This document shows, one piece after another, positions 7,747 to 18,497 of a stretch of 46,144 nt of DNA (position 1 is its first letter; each line of letters opens with the position of its first letter). Made by a program: the position numbers and the translations under genes. The stretch covers positions 1 through 46,144 of IMG/VR virus record IMGVR_UViG_3300020044_009931, one strand, 5' to 3'. Source of the DNA: a virus (taxonomy: Duplodnaviria; Caudoviricetes). The notes beneath the pieces were generated by a model. It did no database searches and was not told the origin of the DNA. It saw only the letters and a list, made by a program, of their open reading frames with translations.

Positions 7747-8087
7747 TCTGTTTGAAATCCTATTTTTAAAGGTATATCCGTTGTGGTGCTTGAATTGGAA
7801 AAGGTAAGGCTAGTAATCGCCCCTGAAACCTTAATAATTGGGCTAACCTTTCTTGCTGCTGAACCATTAATCTTTACTGTAATATTTTGATTAGTAACAT
7901 CATCAATCCAAATGAAAAGCTCCGTGATTGAAGCCCCTCTATCCACAATAGAATCAATTACAGTGTTTACGCTTCCCTTTGGTGCAGTTATTTGAAACCA
8001 GCTAATCTGCCCTGTTGCAAACTTTTTATAGCTTGGCTGGACTTGTTGTCCGTTAAAATAAAGTTTAGGCTCTTGCGTGGTTATCAT
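7743..8087 (-). CDS. Small beta-rich virion protein (paralog of 7372-7746)
   Basis: 'ITVKINGS...AITSLTFSNSSTTT'. Confidence 0.65.
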   Translation of the reverse strand: MITTQEPKLYFNGQQVQPSYKKFATGQISWFQITAPKGSVNTVIDSIVDRGASITELFIWIDDVTNQNITVKINGSAARKVSPIIKVSGAITSLTFSNSSTTTDIPLKIGFQTE

Positions 8088-8088
8088 A

Positions 8089-8310
8089 TTACTGGATACC
8101 GATTACTGCTTCTCCGTCTGCTTTTGGCAAATTCCATTTAAACGCATAGCCTGAAAGTATTGTTCCCTTTGGTATGATAGGGTCAATCTCTCCGTTCTCG
8201 GACACGTTATATATATTATTTTTTGAATCAATAATTTTTCCAGAACCAAGCCAAGATACTTTCTTTCCGTTTACTTCTTTAGCTACTGCTTTGCCTTTGT
8301 TTGGTTTCAT
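8089..8310 (-). CDS. Small hypothetical protein, possible adhesin chaperone
   Basis: 73-aa ORF directly downstream of the Gly-rich gene. Confidence 0.5.
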   Translation of the reverse strand: MKPNKGKAVAKEVNGKKVSWLGSGKIIDSKNNIYNVSENGEIDPIIPKGTILSGYAFKWNLPKADGEAVIGIQ

Positions 8311-8328
8311 AAAATCCCTAGAATTGTT

Positions 8329-9510
8329 TTAGTCGAATGGGTCGCCTGTTCTAATGTCTTGGTTTAGGTAGTATAGATTGGTTAAACCAGCTCCAGAGCT
8401 TGCACTAGCACCACCATTTCCACTAGCCACGCCAGCACCACTGCCACCACTGCCAATAGAACCAGCACTTCCGCCCGTTCCAACCGTGGCTGTTCTTGTA
8501 CCACCTGATAAAGTAGCTGAACCATAGGCTAGTATTAACTTTCCAGGACTGCCTCCAATCCCGCCAGCACCAGCACCACCGCCGCCACCGCCGCCGCCAG
8601 AGCTGCCGCCACCGCCATTGCCGCCATTGCCGCCATTGCCGCCATTACCGCCATTGAGTGATACAGCCCCAGCTGTCTGAGTATAGGCTTTACAAAACAT
8701 AGCTAAAAGACCACCACGTCCACCACGACCACCGCCGCCGCCACCGCCACCGCCGCCGCCAGCACTAGAGCCATTAGTAGCCCCTAGTCCACCATTACCA
8801 CCATTACCACTATTACCACCGTTTAAATTTATATTTGCAGAAACGATAATATTTTTAGCAATAATGATTAAGCCACAAGATTGATTAGCTACAGTACCAG
8901 CTATACCGCCAGCACCACCAGCGTTACTGTTACCAGCACCACCAGCACCGCCTGCGGAATCAGAACCACCGCCGCCACCGCCGCCGCCACCAAAGCTGCC
9001 GCCGAGCGTTTGACCACTACTGCCCGTATTTGTGCTACCATTACCGCCAGTGCTACTAGAAGTACCATTACCACCACGACCACCGCCGCCGCCCATCGCA
9101 GAAGCACCAGTGCCGCCAGATGTTCCAGCACTGCCATTAACATTACCAGAGTCACCACCAGCTCCACCAGTTCCTACAGAACCAGCGGTTTGTAAAGTAT
9201 AATTATCAGCTAAAGTTAAAAGCGTTCCAGTTGCCCCAGTGATACCGTTACCACCGCAGGTAAAAGTCTCTGAGCAATTTATAATAGTCAAACCAGCAGA
9301 TAAAGTCATTTGATGACCAGCAGCTATAGTAAAGTTTCTAAAACTATGATTTCCAGTACCAAAGGTAAAGTTACCAGTAGAGGTGAAATCATTAGAACTG
9401 TTAGAGTTCTTTTTTAGAACTAAAGGTATTCTATAATCAGGTGTATATCCTGAACCGTTGATAATTTCAACTGCTCCACCGCCACCCAATAAATCACTTG
9501 CTACTCCCAT
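8329..9510 (-). CDS. Polyglycine-rich tail fibre tip/adhesin
   Basis: Long GGG/GGN runs interleaved with beta strands. Start at ATG 9510, just after the upstream stop. Confidence 0.7.
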   Translation of the reverse strand: MGVASDLLGGGGAVEIINGSGYTPDYRIPLVLKKNSNSSNDFTSTGNFTFGTGNHSFRNFTIAAGHQMTLSAGLTIINCSETFTCGGNGITGATGTLLTLADNYTLQTAGSVGTGGAGGDSGNVNGSAGTSGGTGASAMGGGGGRGGNGTSSSTGGNGSTNTGSSGQTLGGSFGGGGGGGGGSDSAGGAGGAGNSNAGGAGGIAGTVANQSCGLIIIAKNIIVSANINLNGGNSGNGGNGGLGATNGSSAGGGGGGGGGGGRGGRGGLLAMFCKAYTQTAGAVSLNGGNGGNGGNGGNGGGGSSGGGGGGGGAGAGGIGGSPGKLILAYGSATLSGGTRTATVGTGGSAGSIGSGGSGAGVASGNGGASASSGAGLTNLYYLNQDIRTGDPFD

Positions 9511-9512
9511 AA

Positions 9513-10142
9513 TTAAACTCTCCCTATTGGTGCTATCGCCACATCCCAATTAGTACCATTACTCGTAATCTCATAGATAGCGTTTACATCCATCGTAAAG
9601 TTAGCTGCATCTCCCGCTATTTGCTCTGAGCCTGCCCTTACCAAGGTTGATGGTGTTACCGAAAAATCTTGTCCTATAGCTGGTTTTACCCTAAAATTAA
9701 TTGTTGCAGTTGGTGAAGGTAACTGAACATTTAATCCTGTATTAATGGAATATTGACCTTTATCTGTAGCACTAAAATTAGAAGTTTTAGTTTCCCAATT
9801 TGTTAGACCGCTAGCTACTGTCCTATAAGCCAAATTCCCAGAAGTAACTCCAAGCAATTGACCCTCTGCACCAATACCCAGTTTGGTAAAATCACCACTG
9901 CCGCTATCGTAATATATTAAATCTTTATTTACTAAAGACGAATTGTCTAAAGTCGCTACCTTTTTGTACTCTAAATCAGTACCGCCAGCATTTAATCTTA
10001 AAAATTTTAAAGCATTGCTCGTTGCAACAGGAAACCAAGAAAGGATATTAGCAAAACGTGAGTTACTTCGCCTTTCTGCTTCGTAAGTGGTCATTGCTCC
10101 ACTTAAATCGGTATCGCCTTCTGTGTATGTTCTATAAACCAT
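9513..10142 (-). CDS. Tail fibre proximal protein
   Basis: Fibre-like motifs 'KFLRLNAGGTDLEY' and 'DLIYYD...KLGIGAEGQLLGV', plus 'VQLPSPT..I...SNGTNW'. Confidence 0.65.
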   Translation of the reverse strand: MVYRTYTEGDTDLSGAMTTYEAERRSNSRFANILSWFPVATSNALKFLRLNAGGTDLEYKKVATLDNSSLVNKDLIYYDSGSGDFTKLGIGAEGQLLGVTSGNLAYRTVASGLTNWETKTSNFSATDKGQYSINTGLNVQLPSPTATINFRVKPAIGQDFSVTPSTLVRAGSEQIAGDAANFTMDVNAIYEITSNGTNWDVAIAPIGRV

Positions 10143-12004
10143 TAAACGCCTTTTCCGCTACCTGCTTTGTTTAATTCTAGTATCAAGTTAAGCACGCCCC
10201 AATTAACACCACCAGAACTACTTAACCCTATTATAGCAGTCTTCCCTTGACCCCCTGAGTGATCGACTCTAAGGTTGAAAACGCTACTTCTTCCATTGCC
10301 AACTAAAGTAAAGAAATCAACAAAAGTATCCTCTGAAACCAAATTTTCTCCTGTAACCTTTGGCTCCACTTCTCTTAATGGAATAGCTTTACCGTTAATG
10401 CCGCTAATCAAAGTTCTATCTAGCTTCACATACTGCCTTATTTCCTGCTTAATAGGAGGCACTTTAAGCTTAATCATAATTGAATTGAAAATCTTATCTA
10501 CAAGCTCCGTACCAGCTCCGATAGAACCTGTCTCTATCCTAGAGCTATAACTATTTCCTGAATCTAAAAAGACTCCATCAACTCCCTGTAAATGAATATT
10601 ACCTTCTTCATCTCCCACGTAAAGCTTGTTTATTAACACACTTAAACTTTTAATATTTCCAAAGCCAAAAGTCCAAATATTCCATTTAGGGTAATTAGGG
10701 TCTATACTCTTTCCATATTCATAAACAAAGACAGCATTTGCTACAGTTGATTCATACAAAGGAACTGCACATAAATACCTTTGGTTTACCGTATCCACCG
10801 CTGCAAAGATTTGACTAGAAGCCGCAAAATTAATATTCTCTATTTGATCTCTAATTGGCTTAGATAAAGTATTTTGAGCCGTTAAACCAAATTCATCAGA
10901 AATTTCACCAGTATAACCAATAAAGCCATTGCGAGTTAAACCGATAACAGTATTCCCTATTTCAATAGCAGAACGCCCAATCATACCGTCTACTTCGCTT
11001 TCACGCTCTGCCTTAAACTGCCCCTCTGCAAAAGCATCTTCTGAAAAACGATAACCTGTTAAGGTAGTTAAACTAAACCTTTGAATAACCTCATCGCCAG
11101 TCGTAATAACCGCCCCTCGTTTAAAAGGAATAAGATTAGTAACCTTAAAGCCTTCGATAACATCAAACTCTAAATTACCGCTAGTTGCTCCATCAAAGAT
11201 TATAGGATTCCTTGAGTTAGATAAATAAACATTCCCCTCGTTAGAAACAACAGTTGCACGCCTTTTGTAAATGCTAATCTCTTCAAAGGTATCGCTATAG
11301 CTTACCGCTGTGTAAGGGATACTTGAATCGCCTGTACCTGAAACCTTTGTTAAAGTACCGCTTGCACTTGGTCTAGCTGTACCGCTAATCTGCCTTGTAG
11401 ATAAAGCAAGGACTCCATCGCCGCTAACCTTATTATCCATTACCTTTAATTGAAATAAGCCGCCTGCATCGTTGTAGACTGCATCCAAACTTGCATTTAC
11501 CGCATTGCCTATAGTAATTGTTGTTCTAAATACTAAAGGGTCTGGTGTTAGCTTAAATCTATTAACAGTGCCATCATAATAGCAAATGTCCTGCGTTCCA
11601 AAAACGGCAGAAAGGATATTGTTAATCTTATCAAAGCTTACCCTTGTTACCGCTCCGCCAAAGGCAGGGCTTGTATTTGTAGGACTGTTAATCTCTGTTA
11701 AAGCTGGAGTTTGAGAAGCAAAATCAGCAGCGTTAGAATTAACATAAAAAACTTTTCCATTGTCTAAAAAATAAATCTCTCTATAAAAACTTTCATCTCT
11801 TGTTTTAAAAGTCGTTACAGCAATAGGAATAGCTCCACTAAAAATAGATTTATCCCTATATAAAGTACCGCCACGCCTAACGTAGATATCAGAATCCCCG
11901 ATATACTCCATATTAAACGCTCTAGATAACTGCCCTAAGACTAATTGATCGGGGTCTTTAGCCGTCTCTAAGTTTAATATTCCTGATATCGCTTGGTAAA
12001 CCAT
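10142..12004 (-). CDS. Tail tubular protein B / nozzle (P22 gp10 or T7 gp12-like)
   Basis: 620 aa, beta-propeller-like. N-terminal 'GILN...L...NM...RRG' and 'VFVYEY...WNIW' fit podoviral nozzles. Confidence 0.7.
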   Translation of the reverse strand: MVYQAISGILNLETAKDPDQLVLGQLSRAFNMEYIGDSDIYVRRGGTLYRDKSIFSGAIPIAVTTFKTRDESFYREIYFLDNGKVFYVNSNAADFASQTPALTEINSPTNTSPAFGGAVTRVSFDKINNILSAVFGTQDICYYDGTVNRFKLTPDPLVFRTTITIGNAVNASLDAVYNDAGGLFQLKVMDNKVSGDGVLALSTRQISGTARPSASGTLTKVSGTGDSSIPYTAVSYSDTFEEISIYKRRATVVSNEGNVYLSNSRNPIIFDGATSGNLEFDVIEGFKVTNLIPFKRGAVITTGDEVIQRFSLTTLTGYRFSEDAFAEGQFKAERESEVDGMIGRSAIEIGNTVIGLTRNGFIGYTGEISDEFGLTAQNTLSKPIRDQIENINFAASSQIFAAVDTVNQRYLCAVPLYESTVANAVFVYEYGKSIDPNYPKWNIWTFGFGNIKSLSVLINKLYVGDEEGNIHLQGVDGVFLDSGNSYSSRIETGSIGAGTELVDKIFNSIMIKLKVPPIKQEIRQYVKLDRTLISGINGKAIPLREVEPKVTGENLVSEDTFVDFFTLVGNGRSSVFNLRVDHSGGQGKTAIIGLSSSGGVNWGVLNLILELNKAGSGKGV

Positions 12005-15000
12005 TATTGATATTGCGTTTGAGTAGCCCCCAGCTTGAAAACTAAAGGCATTTTCTTAGTTCGGTATTCTATCATCCCCGTTAGCGGGTCTACAGCTGGA
12101 GTTTGTACCATTGAATCAATAGGAGAAGTCGCTTGCATTGTAGCCCCAGCAAGTTGTTCTACTAAACTTCTTTGAACAGGAGAAGCCGCTATATCACTCC
12201 CGATACTTGCAACTCTACCTACTTGCCCTGCCGCATCTTTAATCCCTTGCCTGATTGCAGGATTCGTAACAGCATATCCAGCTAAACCACCAACCAAGGC
12301 AGCAGTTGGACTAATTCCTGAACCTGCAAAACCAGCAGCCCCAGCCATTCCAGCAGCACCTAAACCAGCTCCGCCCAAAGACTGTCTTGTCTCTCTTGCT
12401 TCTTTTTCAGCTAAAGCCGCTCTTTGTAAATCTCTTTCGTTTATCTTTCTTTGGATTTCTTTGTTTAAAGCAACTTCTTCTTTTTTAACTTGATCTAAAC
12501 TCTTTTCAGTTGCTTTAATCTTACTCGGTACTGCCTCTAAAGATTCCTGTAAGCTTCCAAGTTTAGATATGCCTTCTTTTGCTTTATCTGTAATTTCAGC
12601 ATTGCGAAAAACATCATAGCTTTCTTGCTGAGTAGGTAAAGACCTAACTAAAGAGCTTGGGGTTAAGCCTGATTCTTTAGGTAAACTCTCACTTAAAATC
12701 GTTCTATTTGGAAGCATGATAGAACTAAAAGCCCTGCCTCTTTCCTCTTTATTAAATTGAGCCGCTTCAAAAACCTTATCCAATTCAGCAGGGTTTTCTT
12801 TTGCTAAACGCTTAACTTCTTCTGCACTTGGCAAGCCTGCATTTGCTTTGTTTGAAAAGAAAACTTGTGAAGCAGGGCTAACCTTTTCGTTAAGGTCTTT
12901 AGTTAATCTCAAAATCTCAGGATGAGATTGAGGATTTTTTACATTTGCTTTTAATTCCTCTAAGCGTGTAATTTCACCCTTAACCGCATCATTTAATTCT
13001 TTTTTACTCTTGAGTCCATCTATTGTACGAGTCGCCCTTTTCTCAATATTTTGCACCTTTAAATCATTTAAGACTTTGGCTTGGCTTTGTTTAATGGATT
13101 GCTTTTTGTCTTTATAATTTAATAACTCCGTTTTGTTTTTAGGTAATGGAGCTTTTTCATTATCCACGATCTTAGCTAAAGTGCTTAACTCTTCGGTATA
13201 ATCCCCAAATTCATTAAACAAAAGATTACTTGTGCCTTTTGCTTGGCTTGAGGCATCCGTTAATTTATTAAATGTTTTTTCAATATTTTTGCCTGATTGG
13301 TTATAAACTCTATTAACATAAGCTTTTCTTAAATCGCTTGTTACAGTAGGGTTTCCATCATAAGCATAATTTAAAACCCTTTCCGCTGCTTCTGCATCAC
13401 GTTCAAAGTAATTGATAACATCTTCGTAAACATCCTTGGAATAAGCAATATTCCTGTCTATCTCCCCAGTCTTGCTATCGAATCCACGCCCAAGAAAATT
13501 AGTAACGTCATTCGCTTGAATAGCATCGTTCCTTGCAATACGCATAGCACTTGCTTGTTGATACTGCTGTAAAGCCTGTGATGAAGATTTGCTAAAGATA
13601 TTCCCTTCATCGCTAACTAGCTTCCCTCTTGCTGCTGCCAATTCGCTGTAAGTTTTTCTTGATAGAGTATCACCACTTAAATAGCCGTCAATATTAGATT
13701 TAATCTTTAAAAGGTCTGCTGGGGTTGCTTTCTTTAAATCAACTTTGCCTTTAATTTCTTTAATGGTTTGCGTGTTTTCTACACCTTTAAAAAGATCAGA
13801 AACATCATGCAAAATATCTTTTTCTTTTTCTGCTAAAGGTCTAGTTCCATCGTAAAGATTCTTCTCTTCTGCTAACTGTTTTTTCCATTTAGCGACAACT
13901 TTATCCCTAATCTCTTTTCCTAGCTCTTGTTCGCTTCGTGTACCCTTTAATCCCGTCTCAAACTCGCCCTTTAATTGGTCAGAAGCAAACTTTGCTTCTC
14001 CAATGATCTTATTAAACTCTTCCTCAGAAGCAGTTTCTAAATTTCTAAGTAGTTCGTCTGATTCGCCCGTTGCTTGCTGCTTTCCTCTAATTGCTGCGAT
14101 CTGCTCTGCTGCCCTTGCCTCTGTTTCAGTAATCTTTAATTCAAAGCCATTGTCCTGAGCAAAGTTTCTTAGCTCTTTAATTTTGAAATCAAAAGAGTTT
14201 TCTAGCTGTTTAATTGTTTCATCAAAGAATTGCTCTTTGTTCATTAAATCTGCACCCTCAAGATCAGCTAATGGTCTGCCTGCATCTTGAGCTAAATCTT
14301 TAGCGTAATCACGATAAACATTCTTCATCTGAGAGTAATACTCATTTACAAATTTATCTATATTCGCTTGAAGTGCTTTTCCTGTAGATTCTGCTCCTGT
14401 AGTACCTGAATCTAAAATGCTCCCAATAGTGGCTTTAATCTCTTGATTGAGCGTGCTTAATTCCTCTTGTTGAGATTTTAAAACACCTTCTAATCTTGCA
14501 ATTTCAGGCTTCAATTTATCCTTTATCGCATCTTCACTTTCTTTAATAGCCGTGTTTAGCTGGTCAATTAATGTTTTTAATTTAGGGTTTTCAACTTTAA
14601 CCGCAGTGCTATTAACCGCTTCGACTACTTTATCTAAACTTAAGACAGCTCTGCCAAAAGAAGTTTTGTGCATTTCTTCAGCTAAACTAACAAATGCTTT
14701 AACGGCTTCTGAATCTTTATAGCTTGAAAGCTTATTTAATAAAGGTTTAGATAGAGTTGTCGCTTCAAACTTAAGCTGCTCAAAGCCTTTGCCTGCTGAT
14801 GAATTACTGATAGCTTTTGATGTTTTTTCAACTGCTTTACCGATAGGCTTTCCAATAGTTTCATTAATTAAAGTTCCTAGCTTGCTTGCTCCAGGAATTT
14901 TAGGGATTTGCCTTATTAAGCCAGCACCAAACTTAATAGCCTTTCCAGCAACGACCCCTTGCAAAACATCAACACCTGCCGCAGCCGCTACGTTACCTAA

Positions 15001-15750
15001 GCCCTCTAATGGCTTCATGCCTTGAGTCTTGCCCAGTGTCGCTGTTTCGATTCCTTCTCTTGCTAATTGCACTCCACCCGCTGTTAATGCACTTGCCGCA
15101 GTACCAGCTAAAGCCACTGCCGATATTGGAGCTGCAGCACCAAGTACAAGCAACGCAGCACCAACGCCAACTAAGCCACCGACCGCAGGAGCAATTTCAA
15201 ATAAAGTACCGACCGCTTTACCCCAATTACCACGTGAATTTAAAGCATAAAGATCACCACTGTTAGCATCTCTTAAATAATAAGTATTCCCTTGCTGTTC
15301 AATCGTTCCATCAACGCCATAGCTTTGAAGCATTACATTTGCTGCCGCCATTGCCTTATCTTTACCCGAAGCAACAAACGCAGCATCTAAAGGGTTCTTT
15401 GTTAAAGTTGATAAAACTAATTGAACTGAATCAATCTGTTCTTGTGTTAATTGTGGAGCGTTAGCAGGCTCCGCTTTCCCTTTCTTAAACTCTTGATATT
15501 CTTTAACAAATTCCTCTTCCTTTGGAGTTAATTCATAATCAGGATTTACTAAAATCTTCTCTCTTAATCTTTGTCTTTTAAACTCTCTAATTTGAGCCGT
15601 TTCCTCTTCGGTTAAAAGATAGTTTGGGTCAGCTTCGATTTTGTCAATAATAGGCTTAATGGTCTTAGCAAGAATGTCATTCCTTGCCCCCACGTTCTCC
15701 GCTTGAGCTGAGTTTATCATTGAGTTAAGCCTAGTAACTTGAGCGTTCAT
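12004..15750 (-). CDS. Large internal virion / DNA ejection protein
   Basis: 1248 aa, alpha-helical/coiled-coil, with Gly/Ala-rich hydrophobic segments. Confidence 0.65.
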   Translation of the reverse strand: MNAQVTRLNSMINSAQAENVGARNDILAKTIKPIIDKIEADPNYLLTEEETAQIREFKRQRLREKILVNPDYELTPKEEEFVKEYQEFKKGKAEPANAPQLTQEQIDSVQLVLSTLTKNPLDAAFVASGKDKAMAAANVMLQSYGVDGTIEQQGNTYYLRDANSGDLYALNSRGNWGKAVGTLFEIAPAVGGLVGVGAALLVLGAAAPISAVALAGTAASALTAGGVQLAREGIETATLGKTQGMKPLEGLGNVAAAAGVDVLQGVVAGKAIKFGAGLIRQIPKIPGASKLGTLINETIGKPIGKAVEKTSKAISNSSAGKGFEQLKFEATTLSKPLLNKLSSYKDSEAVKAFVSLAEEMHKTSFGRAVLSLDKVVEAVNSTAVKVENPKLKTLIDQLNTAIKESEDAIKDKLKPEIARLEGVLKSQQEELSTLNQEIKATIGSILDSGTTGAESTGKALQANIDKFVNEYYSQMKNVYRDYAKDLAQDAGRPLADLEGADLMNKEQFFDETIKQLENSFDFKIKELRNFAQDNGFELKITETEARAAEQIAAIRGKQQATGESDELLRNLETASEEEFNKIIGEAKFASDQLKGEFETGLKGTRSEQELGKEIRDKVVAKWKKQLAEEKNLYDGTRPLAEKEKDILHDVSDLFKGVENTQTIKEIKGKVDLKKATPADLLKIKSNIDGYLSGDTLSRKTYSELAAARGKLVSDEGNIFSKSSSQALQQYQQASAMRIARNDAIQANDVTNFLGRGFDSKTGEIDRNIAYSKDVYEDVINYFERDAEAAERVLNYAYDGNPTVTSDLRKAYVNRVYNQSGKNIEKTFNKLTDASSQAKGTSNLLFNEFGDYTEELSTLAKIVDNEKAPLPKNKTELLNYKDKKQSIKQSQAKVLNDLKVQNIEKRATRTIDGLKSKKELNDAVKGEITRLEELKANVKNPQSHPEILRLTKDLNEKVSPASQVFFSNKANAGLPSAEEVKRLAKENPAELDKVFEAAQFNKEERGRAFSSIMLPNRTILSESLPKESGLTPSSLVRSLPTQQESYDVFRNAEITDKAKEGISKLGSLQESLEAVPSKIKATEKSLDQVKKEEVALNKEIQRKINERDLQRAALAEKEARETRQSLGGAGLGAAGMAGAAGFAGSGISPTAALVGGLAGYAVTNPAIRQGIKDAAGQVGRVASIGSDIAASPVQRSLVEQLAGATMQATSPIDSMVQTPAVDPLTGMIEYRTKKMPLVFKLGATQTQYQ

Positions 15751-17105
15751 TATTCCTCTAATAGGCTTAAAACATCTGAGCCTTTCATCCTAGTGTTACT
15801 TTTAACCGTCTTGCCGCTTACTGTAGGGCTAGCTGCTTCTTTTTTCTTTGACGTGCCAAAATCATATACCGCTTGGCTACTGCCATAGTTATAGTTTTTC
15901 CCAGTGGAGCGATATAAAGGCAGGTATTCGTTAAAAATCTGTGGTTGTCCTGTTAAGACAGAACGATCAAGTAATCCCTTGATTGTTTTCTCTCTAAAGT
16001 GTTTATTAAACTCTGCAAACTGCTCAGGATTATCATATTTACGAGCAAATAAATCTTGATTTAACTTGATATCCCTATCAGAAAGCACCCCTGATTGATT
16101 CATTCTAGCTGCTGCTTGACCAATCCCTTTCAGTTGAGCTGTTAGCTCTATATACTCTCTAGCCGCTGGATTAGCGTTCCCCAAAATAGAAGATACCGCC
16201 CTATTCGTTAGCAAAAACCTGAAATTCGGATCTGGGTTTTCTTTCAAAATTTGCTCCATGCGATTAACGACTCGGCTAGTCTCACCAACTAAAGATTCAC
16301 TTTGAAATAATGATGCTTTTTCTTTAGATTTTTCTGCATCAGTAAAGGTTTCAAAAGCTCTGCGATCACCAACTACCCTTTCAGAAGGCTCAAGCCCTCT
16401 ATAGTTACCTAAACCCAATTCCCCTTCTTGAGCTGCCGCCTCTGCATCTGCCTTGTTCTTTGCAATTTGGCTTTCTTTATATTGATTATCTAGCCCTGCA
16501 CCAGTAAGTTTAAGATCGGCTTCTTTAACTCGTCTTGTATTAGGACCACTATTTGGGCTACCTTCTGAAACGTCATAAGTCGCTTTCTTATCCAAGTAAG
16601 CCAAACGATCATTTTTAGATTTAGTATCATATCTTCCAATCGTTACGATCTCATCAAGATATTCTTTGTTTAAAAGCCCTTGAGCATTTAATTGATGTGC
16701 TTTCTGAAATATGGCCTGTTCTATTGTTAAAGGCTCTGTTTTTGCATTAAGCGAAAAAGTACCATCAGGATTTTGAACAGGCTCCGATGCTCCACTTTGA
16801 GACATTGAATCTACAGGAGCTAAACCCTCTGCCATTCCGTAAATATCTAAAATCCCAGCATTTCTTTGACTTGTTAGTTCTGCCTCTTTTGCTGCTTGCT
16901 TTTTTTTATCTTTTCTTTCTAAACTATCTCTAAGTAGCATTGCTCCAGGGTAAACCGCTGATTCGGCTAATCCAAAAATATTCTTTTCTCTTTGTCTTTT
17001 GTTCTCTTCTTTTTGTATAGCGATATTCTGTAAAAGTTGCAAACGAGAATTAGCTGCTGATAAAGCAGAAGAATCAATACCTTGTAAAGCACCAACTTGA
17101 ACCAT
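15750..17105 (-). CDS. Internal virion / ejection protein
   Basis: 451 aa, helical, 'GVLSDRDI' motif; TAATG coupling. Confidence 0.55.
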   Translation of the reverse strand: MVQVGALQGIDSSALSAANSRLQLLQNIAIQKEENKRQREKNIFGLAESAVYPGAMLLRDSLERKDKKKQAAKEAELTSQRNAGILDIYGMAEGLAPVDSMSQSGASEPVQNPDGTFSLNAKTEPLTIEQAIFQKAHQLNAQGLLNKEYLDEIVTIGRYDTKSKNDRLAYLDKKATYDVSEGSPNSGPNTRRVKEADLKLTGAGLDNQYKESQIAKNKADAEAAAQEGELGLGNYRGLEPSERVVGDRRAFETFTDAEKSKEKASLFQSESLVGETSRVVNRMEQILKENPDPNFRFLLTNRAVSSILGNANPAAREYIELTAQLKGIGQAAARMNQSGVLSDRDIKLNQDLFARKYDNPEQFAEFNKHFREKTIKGLLDRSVLTGQPQIFNEYLPLYRSTGKNYNYGSSQAVYDFGTSKKKEAASPTVSGKTVKSNTRMKGSDVLSLLEE

Positions 17106-17446
17106 TAACTAAAGAATCCTCCAATGCCACCAATAACCCCGCCGACACCAGTGCCAATAGGTCCAAAAATAGAACCAATTTTAGCCCCCGTTGCTGCACC
17201 GCTCGCAGCACCACCTAATTTACTTCCAAGCCCTTTTTTCTTTTCTTCTTCGGCTTTTTTCTCTTCTTCGGTTTGCTCTTTATCTTCACCAAAATAACTG
17301 CCTATTTTTTGGAGATTTTCCAAATTAAACAAGTCTTGTCTATTCTTAGCTTCTTCTGCTTTCTTTTTCATTAAAGCCTCTAAAATAAGACCCATATTGC
17401 CATTTGAAGATTCTTGAATTGGAGCTAGTGATAAAGTTTGAACCAT
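17105..17446 (-). CDS. Glycine-zipper ejection protein
   Basis: 'GAASGAATGAKIGSIFGPIGTGVGGVIGGIGGFF'. Confidence 0.6.
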   Translation of the reverse strand: MVQTLSLAPIQESSNGNMGLILEALMKKKAEEAKNRQDLFNLENLQKIGSYFGEDKEQTEEEKKAEEEKKKGLGSKLGGAASGAATGAKIGSIFGPIGTGVGGVIGGIGGFFS

Positions 17447-17449
17447 TGT

Positions 17450-18472
17450 TTACCTCGCATACCCATATAGTAACGGGAATAACATATCTTCCATTTGTTT
17501 GTTTCTTTGGGTCTGTGTATAGTTTTGTTTATTCCCAATAAACTGCTGTATTAAATTAGTTTGCATTGTCTTTTCGGCTAGCTGTCTATCCATCTCTTGA
17601 TTACGTGCCGCTAAATCAAGCTCTTCACCTTTTAAGCCTAATTCACCTGCTTGGAGTCCTTGCGTTGCTATATTCTGCCCAATTCCACTACCTACACCGA
17701 ATAATTGATTAATTAAGTTTTGAGACTCTAAAGAGCCTTGTAAATTCGTTCCAGCTAAGGATTGGTTTGCTTCTGCGATTCTGCTTCTTTCGTCTAAAGC
17801 TTCGCCTCTGTTCGCTTCGCCTGCCGCTAATAAAGCATTTGCTCTTTGCTGCCCGTAATCGCTTACGACTTTACCTAAAGCCTGTCCTTCACTTGTACCA
17901 CTTACGCCTAGTTCGTCAAAATTAGTTACAGTACCCGCTAACTGCTTCCCTAAATCTAAAGCCTGTGCCGAATTTGCACCATAGTAATCTTGAACATCAC
18001 TTATTCTCTGATCCGCTCTTGGTTGTAAAAATGATTGTTGTTGTTGGAATTGAGCATTAGGGTTTAAAGCTGCTTGCTGCATACCCATAGAAGCCGCTGA
18101 TAATTGATCTCTAAGTGAACTAGAGCCGTCAATATTTTGCTGTATTTGTGGTAAATAACCAGCCTGAGCTCCAATCCCAAAACTTGTAGCTGCACCTGCT
18201 ACTTGTCCTGCTAGATCAGTAGCCCCTTGTCCTGCACTTTGTCCAGGGTCATTTAAGGTAAAGCCATCTTGACGAGGATTATCTATATTGTTTGCACGTT
18301 TTCTAACTATGCCTAAAGCATCTTGTATCTTCCCTGAACTTGAATTTTTATTAAGCCCAAATTCTGTTTTAAATTGGTCTTGCGTTAATCCAGCATTGTT
18401 AAGCTGTTCAGTCCTCTTATTGCCAAAAGTACCAGTCTGTTTAAAATTGCTGTAGTTAGGAGGATTCGCCAT
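17450..18472 (-). CDS. Gln/Ala/Gly-rich internal virion (pilot-like) protein
   Basis: Composition and position; TAAAAT + 6 nt + ATG. Confidence 0.55.
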   Translation of the reverse strand: MANPPNYSNFKQTGTFGNKRTEQLNNAGLTQDQFKTEFGLNKNSSSGKIQDALGIVRKRANNIDNPRQDGFTLNDPGQSAGQGATDLAGQVAGAATSFGIGAQAGYLPQIQQNIDGSSSLRDQLSAASMGMQQAALNPNAQFQQQQSFLQPRADQRISDVQDYYGANSAQALDLGKQLAGTVTNFDELGVSGTSEGQALGKVVSDYGQQRANALLAAGEANRGEALDERSRIAEANQSLAGTNLQGSLESQNLINQLFGVGSGIGQNIATQGLQAGELGLKGEELDLAARNQEMDRQLAEKTMQTNLIQQFIGNKQNYTQTQRNKQMEDMLFPLLYGYAR

Positions 18473-18497
18473 GCTTCTATTTTATCCTATACTGCCT

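Noticed and set aside
8881-9195. ORFs 8881-9195(+) and 8901-9167(-), and the GC-rich CCG/CCA repeats
   Set aside because: By-products of polyglycine codons; not separate genes or a DNA repeat element.
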